Positions 9,763-18,424 of a stretch of DNA of 64,000 nt are shown here, one piece after another (position 1 is the stretch's first letter; each line of letters opens with the position of its first letter). The DNA lies in the NCBI GenBank assembly GCA_963775805.1, contig CAVZKG010000001.1:767989-831988 (forward strand), in the 5' to 3' direction. Position numbers and translations under genes: made by a program. The DNA comes from an uncultured Verrucomicrobiae bacterium. GTDB taxonomy: Bacteria; Verrucomicrobiota; Verrucomicrobiia; Chthoniobacterales; JAFAMB01. The notes beneath the pieces were generated by a model, which was not told where the DNA came from, searched no databases, and saw nothing but the letters and a program-made list of their open reading frames with translations.

Positions 9763-10164
9763 ATGGCTTCTTCCGACAAAGGATCGATCAAAGAGGCTTT
9801 TGGAACTGATCGTGAAGGAAGTAGTCCGAATCCCAGCGTTTCGGCTTTCAAAATCCATTCTTCATTCAAGGCTCTAAAAGATCATCCGGAAAAGCGCGAG
9901 GAGAGCTTCTGGCGTGCAAATCTTGAGCACGTCTGCCAACTCCTGGCCAATAGCAACAGGTCGGCACGGGTCTTTATTTGGGACCATCGCGACCTTCCCG
10001 ACGAATTCCATGACCGCTATTTGCTAACAGAGCTAGGGAGCTGTGAAATCGGCAAAGGCTTTGACGTTAAGAAGGGCGTGAAAAACAGATTTTATCGGCT
10101 CGATCGCGAAACTAATCACCGCCTCGAAAGCCTGTTTAGAGCCGATGAAAATAGTAAACAGTGA
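9763..10164 (+). CDS. hypothetical protein with MIT_C/PLD-like HDR motif
   Basis: Starts 1 nt after the LacI-family stop. FHDRYLLTELGSCEIGKGFD resembles the HDR...G...IGRGLD core of the MIT_C phospholipase-D-like fold. The N-terminal half is unassignable. Confidence 0.4.
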   Translation: MASSDKGSIKEAFGTDREGSSPNPSVSAFKIHSSFKALKDHPEKREESFWRANLEHVCQLLANSNRSARVFIWDHRDLPDEFHDRYLLTELGSCEIGKGFDVKKGVKNRFYRLDRETNHRLESLFRADENSKQ

Positions 10165-10676
10165 GGGCGATACTTGGAAGATCCGCAGAGATACGTACGA
10201 CGAGGGCTGGGGTTATTAGAAGACGTAGATGGGAAGAGCCTCGCTCACTGGCTATGACTTGCGCTCCGATAACGGAGACAGGGATGGTTCAGGAAAATGC
10301 ACCATTCATCTGACCGACGATTAGCGATCCCAGTTTGTCTGAGAGCCTTCCATTACGCTGTCGCTCACGAGCATAAAAGAGCTCTTACTGTGCTTTACTT
10401 TCCGTTTCGTACGGGCGGGCCCTCCTGCGCCGTACGGGTTTCGGGTCGGGGCCGCTGTCGCCGATGCCGGACAGGATGACGGGATGACTATCGGGAAACT
10501 CCGCGACAAGGGAGAGCCTGCCGCCCATGGCTCCGACAAAGTGTGACACGGTGCTGTTCGGCACACCACCAGCGCTCTTCACGTTCTTCGGCGAGCGCTT
10601 CGGCCTCCCTTATTACCTGCTGACCATGCTCGAAGAACTTTCAACCGGGTCGCCAAAGAGTACTCCGAAAACGAAG

Positions 10677-10880
10677 CTAAGTAGCTTTTGCGGAAACCAT
10701 CGAAACAGCTTCCGCGCCAGACTTAGAACGCCGAATTTTGAACCAGACCGCACCTTCTTCTCGAGTCAGCGTTTCCAGGTAATGCCGTTTGCAGACCGCC
10801 TCAGAATTGCCCATTCGTTTGGAGAGTTCGCCTAGTCCCTCTTTGCTTGAACGCGCCAGCGCAGATGGCCGCCAATAACG
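10677..10880 (-). pseudogene. tyrosine recombinase C-terminal tail remnant
   Basis: Open frame without a start codon: GELSKRMGNSEAVCKRHYLETLTREEGAVWFKI, which is the last ~45 aa of an integrase including the catalytic-Tyr region. It is closed upstream by TGA (10881-10883). Confidence 0.55.
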
Positions 10881-11125
10881 TCAGTATCGGTGATTGGGCG
10901 ACCGTTACCAACAACGGTAACGGCCAACAAACCTATGCAAGGGTTGAAGATGTCGGGCCAGCCGGTGGAACCGGGGAAATATCCCAAGCGGCTGCGAGTG
11001 CGGTTGGGATTCAATATTTAAGCAATTCGTCGACGGTCGGAGACCCTTCCGTGACGGTCACCGCCTATGCCGGCACCGCCGGCATTCAGGGTGATTGTCC
11101 CCTAAGCACAGCTAGTAATTCATGA
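10847..11125 (+). CDS. small protein with half of a DPBB/RlpA-like (or 3D-domain-like) wall-lytic fold
   Basis: The listed start is TTG; an ATG lies at 10865. IGDWATVTNNGNGQQTYARVEDVGPAGGTGEISQAAASAVGI matches the second half of RlpA-type DPBB domains. The first half is absent. Confidence 0.4.
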   Translation: MNAPAQMAANNVSIGDWATVTNNGNGQQTYARVEDVGPAGGTGEISQAAASAVGIQYLSNSSTVGDPSVTVTAYAGTAGIQGDCPLSTASNS

Positions 11126-11661
11126 AAACAACATTGATTTCATTAGTTTCGATCCTCTCAGGCTTAACAGGAGTCTCGGCCTACGCAAAAAATGTTATGT
11201 CGCCAGATAGGAATTGGGCGGTCCTAGCCGAACAAACGATTTCGATCGCGGATGCGAACGGTCAGCCGGTTTTGCCATGGTTGAATAACACATCGTTGGC
11301 TGAGCGAATTGAAATCGCTTGGGCTGGCGATTCGGCCAAGGTTGTCATGGCCTCAAACCTAGCCAGAGGGTCGGGCATCTTCGGCGCTTGGGTCGAAGGA
11401 GGTAAGTGGCACAAGACTTTGCAATCCGATGATGACCAGGGACCGATCATCCGGCAAGCGCAGCGAGTCTGCGGCGGCCAACTGGTAAGCGGACATCGGT
11501 CCTTTGACGGCTGGATCGGTTCCAACGCCGTGAAGGTGAAAGGGGAAATGACTTTCAGTTCGGGGAAGCGGATTAATCTGCCGCACAAAGAATGCCAGAA
11601 CTTAAGGTCTACATCCTCTGGCAGCTTAACAGGCCGTTTTCAGGCCATATCGAATTCGTAG
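11122..11661 (+). CDS. secreted hypothetical protein
   Basis: ATGA overlap with the preceding ORF. Sec signal peptide MKTTLISLVSILSGLTGVSAYA. No family recognised. Confidence 0.55.
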   Translation: MKTTLISLVSILSGLTGVSAYAKNVMSPDRNWAVLAEQTISIADANGQPVLPWLNNTSLAERIEIAWAGDSAKVVMASNLARGSGIFGAWVEGGKWHKTLQSDDDQGPIIRQAQRVCGGQLVSGHRSFDGWIGSNAVKVKGEMTFSSGKRINLPHKECQNLRSTSSGSLTGRFQAISNS

Positions 11662-11770
11662 ATTTTTCCGCTCAAAACGTCGGTCTTGGCGAGTGCTGCC
11701 AGCAGATCGTTGAAAGCCTGCTGGGCTTGGGAATCGGAAAGCTGGCCTGGCAGAGCCTCCAGCGCTTCGG

Positions 11771-11953
11771 CAAGGGCGGATAGTGCTCGCTCTCCACGCC
11801 CGCCTGCCCTTTGTGCGGCATACAGAATATACGGAATTTTTGAAAGAAGATTGGTTATTCGAGGCGATCACGGAAACCTACGTGCCCCACTCGCAAGGTT
11901 TTGAAGGACATTATCGTGATAGCCTCTCGTTTCGGCTGACGATGGCTTTGTGA
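11771..11953 (+). pseudogene. N-terminal remnant of a GH57 (DUF1957) alpha-glucan branching enzyme
   Basis: The hand-translated frame reads GRIVLALHARLPFVRHTEYTEFLKEDWLFEAITETYVP...FRLTMAL*, matching LHAHLPFVRHPE and WLFEAITETYIPL of GH57 enzymes. It stops after ~60 codons, with weak out-of-frame continuation to ~12150. Confidence 0.6.
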
Positions 11954-12163
11954 CAATGATGCGAATATCCTTTTGTACGACCGAGTCGACCGTGTACGAT
12001 TCTTTTGAGAGAATTTTGGGTCGCCGTCTTGTTTTTTTGGAGGATTGCTTTCTCAGGTTTGAGGAATCTTACGCGACCGGCGAAGGCCTGAACGATTCTT
12101 GAGCACCATCCGACTTCACGATTTGGCCCTCTTAACCGCACCTAACCTGCTTACTACCCTAAC

Positions 12164-13123
12164 ATGAGCATCACCAACTTTCTCCGTATTGGAAGTCTAA
12201 CCATTATGGGCGTGCTTTTAGGAGGCGTCCTGGAAACATCGACGCTTGCCGAGACTAAGAAACTTGATTCGGTGGCCCTGACCGTGGGCGACCTCGGGAA
12301 TCCCTTCTTTGTACAGGTAGCCCATGGCGCGGAAGCCCAGGCTAAGCATATCAACGACAAAGTGCAGTTCACCGCGCTTTCGAGCAATTACGATGTAGAC
12401 AACCAAAGCAATCAAATTGATAAATTCGTTTCTTCGCACGTTAATCTGATCCTTCTAGGTGCGGCGGACAGCAAGGGCATCGCCCCTGCAGTCCAGCGAG
12501 CGAAGCAGGCGGGCGTCACGGTGGTGGCTGTTGATGTGGGCGCCGAAGGCGGCGTGGACGCCACGGTCACCTCAAATAACAAACAGGCTGGCACGGAGGA
12601 TGGTGTATATTTGGCGAAGCGGCTTAACGGCAAGGGTCAAATTGTTATTGTCAATGGACCTCCTGTAACGGCGGTAACCGATCGGGTGACCGGCTTTCTG
12701 GAGGAGATCAAAAAACACCCGGATATCAAGATCCTTTCGCAAGACCAAAACGCCGGCGGCAACCGTGAAGGGGGTCTGCGCGTCATGAGCGGCCTATTGA
12801 CGGCATTTAAGCAAATTGATGCAGTCTTCGCCATCAACGATCCGACCGCTATCGGATGTGACTTGGCAGCGAAGCAAGCCCAGCGGAAGGAGTTCTTTAT
12901 CCTGGGGGTCGACGGTTCGCCGGACATCGTCCCTTTTCTGAAAGATCCCGCGAGCTTGATCGCAGCCACCGCTGCGCAGGATCCTTACTTAATGGCGGAA
13001 GAGGCCGTCAAGATTGGTTACGACGATATGGAGGGCAAAAAGCCGAAGGATGAGCTGACCCTCATCCCGGTGGGTCTAATTACTAGGGAAAATGTCGACA
13101 GGTACGCTGGCTGGACCAAGTAA
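12164..13123 (+). CDS. periplasmic sugar-binding protein (RbsB-like, PBP type I)
   Basis: Signal peptide plus DLGNPFF, VVAVDV and NGPP..AV..R..GF motifs. No cognate permease or ATPase is adjacent. Confidence 0.8.
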   Translation: MSITNFLRIGSLTIMGVLLGGVLETSTLAETKKLDSVALTVGDLGNPFFVQVAHGAEAQAKHINDKVQFTALSSNYDVDNQSNQIDKFVSSHVNLILLGAADSKGIAPAVQRAKQAGVTVVAVDVGAEGGVDATVTSNNKQAGTEDGVYLAKRLNGKGQIVIVNGPPVTAVTDRVTGFLEEIKKHPDIKILSQDQNAGGNREGGLRVMSGLLTAFKQIDAVFAINDPTAIGCDLAAKQAQRKEFFILGVDGSPDIVPFLKDPASLIAATAAQDPYLMAEEAVKIGYDDMEGKKPKDELTLIPVGLITRENVDRYAGWTK

Positions 13124-13290
13124 GCGGGAGAACTCGGGTTGGACCTGCGCGGCGGTGACGACGAAAATTGATTCTAGTAGTGCCTTCGCTCCGATTTAAA
13201 CTCGGCCCTCGTTCTCGCCCTCGAGATTGGCCGACCGGTCGTGATCAATGAGGACAGCGCTGCGAGAGCCTTCGAACCTCCATGAAGGAC

Positions 13291-13659
13291 CTAAAGCTGC
13301 CGCGCCGCAAGCAGAAACCAGCAACTCAAAAAGCGCTCGCGGGCGCGTTCAGGCACTGGGTTGTCCTCCGAGGGTGCCTTAGCCTTTAGATTGGCTCTAA
13401 ACTCGTGGATAATCTCTTGAGGCAGCAACGGCGTCGCTCCCTCGTGCGAGGCGACAATGCTACCCAGACGGCAAGCAGTTTCCAGGACGGTGTGAGAGTT
13501 GGCTCCTCGCGTCAGCCCGACCATCAGGCCGGCCATGAACGCATCACCCGCGCCTACGGTATCCTTGACGACCACTTCCGGAGCAGGCGCCGAAACGAGG
13601 TTGCCCCGATCCCACAGCGACAAGGATCTAGTGTTTATCCTTGAACCGGACGGCGACAT
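13291..13659 (-). pseudogene. C-terminal remnant of a PfkB-family sugar kinase
   Basis: VVVKDTVGAGDAFMAGLMVGL...ASHEGATPLLP is the C-terminal ATP/anion-hole region. Only ~120 of ~300 codons remain. The fucP stop is 32 nt upstream. Confidence 0.65.
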
Positions 13660-13691
13660 TTCGTGATCGCGTTATTTTGTTTGACGCGAGC

Positions 13692-15077
13692 TCAGTGCCC
13701 TCCTGAAGCCGACACCCCGTGCAGGCCCTCCGATCCACTGAGTCTCGGCCACAAAAATGCATAAACCGCAATGAACGCAAAGCACCCCATCGGCACGATA
13801 AATGCCCGAGACAGATCGTACATGTCGGCTATTGATCCCATTACCTTTGGCAGAATCGCCCCGCCCATGATGGCCATGACAAGAAAGGAGGATGCCTTTT
13901 TTGCACGCTGCCCGAGGCCGAAAATGCCCAGCGCAAAGATGGTCGGGAACATGATGGACATAAAAAAATAAGTCAGTAAGACGCAAGCGCCCGATAGCCA
14001 GCCCAATTTTAAGAAGATTACCAGACAAAGGACCGCATTGATGGCGCCATAGAGACCGAGAAGTTTGTGGGCAGAGAATCTTCTTAGCAGACCAGTGCCA
14101 ATGAACCGGCCGCCCAGGAAGAGAAGCAGGCCCACCGATACCAGATTGGAGGCGCCTTTGTTGCTAAAAGCAACTGCTCCAGTCGTGCGAATTTCAGTCA
14201 AGCTGTTCAGCCAGTGCTTCAAGAAGTCGGGGCTGTTTTGTACGGCCGCGTCCAACCTGTCAGGAATTGCGGGGACCTGAGAGGTCACGTAATTAATAAA
14301 GAAGCTGAAGATGCCGGCCTGAGCGGCTACGTATAAGAATTGTGCAATGACCGCCATCACGAAGTGTGGGTGCGACCAGATGGAGTGTGAAACCCCCGTC
14401 GTCGAGTCGTCCATGTGAAAGTCGTCCTTGGCTTTGATGTCGGGAACATTGGCAAAGTAGAATATGACGGCCAGGATAATGACCACCAAACCGACAGCGG
14501 TGTAAGGAATCCAGAGATTCTCGCTGCCCGTACTCTCTCCTGAGGCATTCTTGGAATAGAAAAACATGCCGCCCGCGATTGGGCCGAAAATCAAGCCGAT
14601 GCCATTGCAGGATTGGGCCAGATTTATGCGGGTGGCGCCATATTCCTCTGCCCCTAGGACCGTGGCGTACGGATTAGCAATGGTTTCGAGGAAGGTTAGA
14701 CCCGCTGCAATGATGCAGACGCCCAGCAAAAATGCCCAGAAGGATCCAATGTGCGTCGCCGGGATAAACCAGAATCCACCCACTGCAACTAATAAGAGAC
14801 CCGCAATGATGCCGCCTTTATAACCCAGTTTCGCCGCCAGCCATCCCGCTGGAAGCGCCATCAGGAAATAGCCTAGGTAGTGTGCGAATTGCACCCAGGC
14901 AGATTGGGCCAAGTCCAGGTGTAGTACTTCCTGAAAATGCTTGTCCATGACGTCGATCATCCCATTGCAAAATCCCCACAGAGCAAATAGCAAGATGAGG
15001 AGGAGAAACGTGAAGAGGACATTTTGGCCGTCGTCAGTGACAAACATGCCTTTTTTAGTGATTTTACCGGTGTTCAT
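13692..15077 (-). CDS. fucP: L-fucose:H+ symporter-type MFS permease
   Basis: FALWGFCNGMIDVMDKHFQ and a 12-TM-like hydrophobic pattern typical of FucP. Confidence 0.85.
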   Translation of the reverse strand: MNTGKITKKGMFVTDDGQNVLFTFLLLILLFALWGFCNGMIDVMDKHFQEVLHLDLAQSAWVQFAHYLGYFLMALPAGWLAAKLGYKGGIIAGLLLVAVGGFWFIPATHIGSFWAFLLGVCIIAAGLTFLETIANPYATVLGAEEYGATRINLAQSCNGIGLIFGPIAGGMFFYSKNASGESTGSENLWIPYTAVGLVVIILAVIFYFANVPDIKAKDDFHMDDSTTGVSHSIWSHPHFVMAVIAQFLYVAAQAGIFSFFINYVTSQVPAIPDRLDAAVQNSPDFLKHWLNSLTEIRTTGAVAFSNKGASNLVSVGLLLFLGGRFIGTGLLRRFSAHKLLGLYGAINAVLCLVIFLKLGWLSGACVLLTYFFMSIMFPTIFALGIFGLGQRAKKASSFLVMAIMGGAILPKVMGSIADMYDLSRAFIVPMGCFAFIAVYAFLWPRLSGSEGLHGVSASGGH

Positions 15078-15320
15078 TTTTGGAGGAACTGGGGAAGTTT
15101 AAGAGTCGATTTGGCGTCTCATGCTGGGATCGAACCAGATCTGTCTGATTCTATTGTGTGTAACCCAAAACACGCCACCGCTAGCCGTTTTGCCGAAACA
15201 AAACGCTTGTCCGCGAGCCAGTCTGATCGTCGATTGGAGCAGGACTTGGAGAAGAATTCGAGTTTAAAAACTCTGAGTTCTCAATGACGCGCTCGCCGAC
15301 ATGATTTCGGCAGCGCACAT

Positions 15321-15761
15321 TTAGCCCGTTCGGTTAGACTGACGGACACCGGCGGTTCGATGACTGACCGGATGTTTAGATTGCGATGGCGGTACTTCTG
15401 GTGACGTTCTCTGGAGTCCTAGTGGGGAAAAGTATCTGCGAGTAAGCACAATCCGAGCGATTCTCGAATTGTGCTCGTCGGATAGGGGCACGAAAGTGCT
15501 TACGTTATTTGTCGAATAGCTAGGGGCCTCCGCGACGATGCTCTCCGCCAACCGCGCGCCGTGGCGACAAAGCAACTCCGGTTCGTGAGCCATTCGTTCC
15601 TTTTGCGTTAGCTCCGGTTCCACGTCCGAGAGTGCCACGATTTCGTCGAAACAGATACGTAGACCAGCACGGGCGGCCTCCTCCACTCGCCCGCCGAACG
15701 CGATGACCGGTCGTCCGAGTCGTCGGGCCATGGCGGCGATACCGGCTGGAGCTTTGACGCC
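15321..15761 (-). pseudogene. C-terminal remnant of glycerate kinase
   Basis: From codon 54 of the listed ORF, GVKAPAGIAAMARRLGRPVIAFGGRV...RICFDEIVAL aligns with the GlxK/GarK C-terminus (GKVPIGVANVAKKYHKPVIGIAGSL...GIDAVFSV). The N-terminal ~300 aa are absent. Confidence 0.6.
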
Positions 15762-15903
15762 TGTACTGACCGCCGACGAAGCCCGTACGTTGCTTGACAG
15801 TATCCCAATCACCAAACCTGCCGCAGAAGACGGATCCGAGGCGACCAGCATCGATCTCATCGGCTTGCGCGACCGAACCGCCAAGGCCATCATCGGTTTA
15901 ACA
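15757..15903 (+). pseudogene. internal fragment of a tyrosine integrase
   Basis: TPVLTADEARTLLDSI...IGLRDRTAKAIIGLT matches the inter-domain region of the integrase family also seen at 51022, 61803 and 63566 (IGLRDRT is identical to the 51-kb copy). It has no start codon and no catalytic domain. Confidence 0.55.
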
Positions 15904-16055
15904 AATGATTCGTTTTCCACTCAGGTTTCCCACTGCTACGACTTATTTTACTTTTTTACCGCAATCGTTACTCCCGTAAACTCGTTTGGCACTACAGTCG
16001 AGCCTCCTGACATTCACCAGCTCTCTCAAATATTCAGCAGCTCGAAAAACGCACA

Positions 16056-17045
16056 ATGCCTGATCTAACTTTTCTCGCGCTCGAGAATCCCCTCGGTTTA
16101 CTCGGCACAAAAATCAAAGGCGTAATCCAGGACGAATTAGACCCTCGTTTAAAGCCTATTGCGAAACTCAACCAGGAGAGCCCAGCGGGAGGTCTCGTGG
16201 TACGTAATTTTCAAAAAAATGGCAAGGACCCAACCAAATATTCAGACAGATATGACCGGATGGTACGCGAGGATAAAAACACTGCCTTCGAAAATTCGCA
16301 GCTGCCTAAGGGAGAAAAGCCGTCGCCCCTAATCCTACCAACATTTGTCGAAGATGTCTCCGACAATAAGGCGCTCCTAATCAAGCTGCTACGCAATAAG
16401 GCGGATTACCCCGATCTGCGTGTCGCGATGTGCAGCTCGTTAACTTCCACCGTGAAGTATATTCAAAATTACCAAACCGCGAATCCGAACGACCAGTTCG
16501 ACACTTTGATTCTTTACGGTCATGGCAGCCCTGGCGCTATAAACATGGGCACTTCCAAATGGAACATCGGCGAGGCCATAACACTAACGGACACCAACAA
16601 GGACAAGTACAAAAACAGGAAACATGGTCGCGAGATGTTCGGCCTCGACAAACCCGAAACAGACCCCACACAACCTTTGCGCGTTCGCAGCCTTAACTCC
16701 GGCACCGAAAAATATTTTGTACGTGAATTTAAACAGCGTTACAAGGGTGCATGTTTTGTAGAAAATCTCGAAACGAAACATTTTCATATTTTCCTCATGG
16801 GCTGTGAAGTCGGAGCAAACGAACAGACCTTCACGCAGGAATTGGCAGTATCTATAGCCAAGATGGGACTTACGGTGTGCATTTCGGCGCCGACCGATGA
16901 AATAAAACCGCTTCATCTCGAAGACCTTCTGTGGCGCCTGCAGCACCCCGGCAAAGTCGATGTCCGTCAGAAATGCGTCGATCGAGTAGCATGGAAACTA
17001 AACGATACTGTTCCCGTAGTGTCCGCGGTCGCGTCTCCACCATAG
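16056..17045 (+). CDS. stand-alone DUF4347-like (clan-CD-like His/Cys) protein
   Basis: LPTFVEDVSDNKALLIKLL...DTLILYGHGSPGAINMG...HIFLMGCEVGANEQTFTQELAVSIAKMGLTVCISAPTDEI follows the DUF4347 pattern, with a ~80-aa Lys-rich insert between the His and the Cys. The region is visibly AT-richer than its neighbours. Confidence 0.5.
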   Translation: MPDLTFLALENPLGLLGTKIKGVIQDELDPRLKPIAKLNQESPAGGLVVRNFQKNGKDPTKYSDRYDRMVREDKNTAFENSQLPKGEKPSPLILPTFVEDVSDNKALLIKLLRNKADYPDLRVAMCSSLTSTVKYIQNYQTANPNDQFDTLILYGHGSPGAINMGTSKWNIGEAITLTDTNKDKYKNRKHGREMFGLDKPETDPTQPLRVRSLNSGTEKYFVREFKQRYKGACFVENLETKHFHIFLMGCEVGANEQTFTQELAVSIAKMGLTVCISAPTDEIKPLHLEDLLWRLQHPGKVDVRQKCVDRVAWKLNDTVPVVSAVASPP

Positions 17046-17055
17046 AACGACTACG

Positions 17056-17460
17056 ATGATTGAGGTTTTATCGCTGCGGTCGATAATGGCTTCAAAACAT
17101 GTGTGGGCGATACAGACTGACAGCAGACCAACGAGCTCTCGCTATTGGGAAGGCGAATTCGGTTCGGACCTCAATCTCGCCGGGTGGACAAAAAAATTTA
17201 CCGGGAAGCCGACGATTACTGTCGGCTCGGTGACGCTCAACAATTCCATGATTGAGATGATGCAGGGGTTCGGCGGTTCACCGGTCGATAATCTCGACCG
17301 GCTATTGTCTGGTTTTGAGCGCGGTGAATGCGACATGGTCGCGGTGGGCCGGGCGATGATCGCCAATCCCGATTGGGTCAAGCGAGTTCGAGAGGGTGAG
17401 CCTCTCAGGCCCTACCACATACACATGCTCAAGACGCTCGATTCATCACTTTCTCCTTAA
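17056..17460 (+). pseudogene. C-terminal remnant of an Old-Yellow-Enzyme-family NADH:flavin oxidoreductase
   Basis: GECDMVAVGRAMIANPDWVKRVREGEPLRPY is the OYE C-terminal block. Only ~110-130 homologous codons remain and the FMN-binding N-terminal part is missing. Confidence 0.7.
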
Positions 17461-17573
17461 CAACAAGACAATGACATGACCATGCAGAATGATTCCAACA
17501 CCAAGACGAAAGCGGTTCGCGGAATCTCTCATTCCCTCGTTGCGCCAATCACAGGCAAGCTTTCCTCAATGCT

Positions 17574-18356
17574 TCAATGCTGGTCGTACTCATCATTCCG
17601 CCGCCACCAGATCCCCTCCTCCGCTTCATTGCGCCCGAAGGGACCGCGATCAAGCCATTGATACATCCCCCAGAGTCCGTCCAATCCACGCGCATAAGTG
17701 GAATAGGTGTGATAGACTTCGCCTTCATCGAGAACAAAGGCGCTCATTCCAGGTCTGTCCCGGGTGTAAGTTGGAACGTCGGTTCCACAGGTCGCCGCGA
17801 TTTGAGCGACTGCCTCGGAAACTACTGTGGTCGCGTCCATCGCGTGGCCGCCACATTCATAATTATATTCGATCGTTCCTGCACGCTGCTCCTCCTCGGT
17901 GAACGACACGTTAAAATCGAAGTTGAATTCGCCGCCGACCGACGAGGCCCAGGGAAATTTCCAGCCCATTCGCCGCTTGTACGCCCGCAACTTCGCCAGA
18001 GGGGCACGCGACACCGCCGTCAAAGTGACGTCGTGATTCGCCAGATGAATGACGAAGCCGTTGAATCCATCTGCGATCGAAGAGCAAGAGGGGCACCCCG
18101 CCGCGTAATCGGGTCCGAACATGAAATGGTAGACGAGCAGCTGCGAACGGTTCCTGAACAGGTCTTTAAGGAAGGCGCTTCCCTCCTCGGTCTCGAATCG
18201 ATACTCCTTGTCTACCCGGACCCAGGGCAGTTCCTGGCGTCGCTGCGCCAACTCATCGCTGCGCCGTGTCAGTTCCTTTTCCGCAGCAAGCAACTCGAGT
18301 CGGGCTGCCAGCCATTCTTTACGTGTTCCGGTAATATGTTTAATTTTGGTCTCCAT
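17574..18356 (-). CDS. DUF899 thioredoxin-like protein
   Basis: LPWVRVDKEYRFETEEG, QLLVYHFMFGPD...GCPSCS, YHTYSTYARG. Confidence 0.85.
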   Translation of the reverse strand: METKIKHITGTRKEWLAARLELLAAEKELTRRSDELAQRRQELPWVRVDKEYRFETEEGSAFLKDLFRNRSQLLVYHFMFGPDYAAGCPSCSSIADGFNGFVIHLANHDVTLTAVSRAPLAKLRAYKRRMGWKFPWASSVGGEFNFDFNVSFTEEEQRAGTIEYNYECGGHAMDATTVVSEAVAQIAATCGTDVPTYTRDRPGMSAFVLDEGEVYHTYSTYARGLDGLWGMYQWLDRGPFGRNEAEEGIWWRRNDEYDQH

Positions 18357-18424
18357 AGAGTCTCTTTCTTTGTTGTCAAAACGACCTGCTGGTTGGTGGT
18401 CGTCAGATAGGCTACCGTTAGGAA

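Noticed and set aside
10165-10676. Cluster of 60-100-aa ORFs on both strands between the MIT_C-like ORF and the integrase tail
   Set aside because: I could recognise no start/SD context or family motif in any frame. The region is probably further unrecognisable debris.
11626-11904. ORFs 11626..11871 (-) and 11686..11904 (+) as genes
   Set aside because: Both are Arg/Ala-rich frames overlapping the GH57 stump. A third minus-strand frame without a start (...ALAEALEALPGQLSDSQAQQAFNDLLAALAKTDVLSGKIYEFDMA*) looks more protein-like, but I could not assign it.
15321-15920. The 199-aa ORF taken as one intact gene
   Set aside because: Only codons 54 to ~130 resemble glycerate kinase. The N-terminal 53 codons are the antisense of an integrase fragment, and the tail has no similarity. 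It is treated as a chimeric read-through.
17577-18410. 277-aa ORF antisense to the DUF899 gene
   Set aside because: The opposite strand carries clear DUF899 motifs, and this ORF is low-complexity and Arg/Pro-rich.
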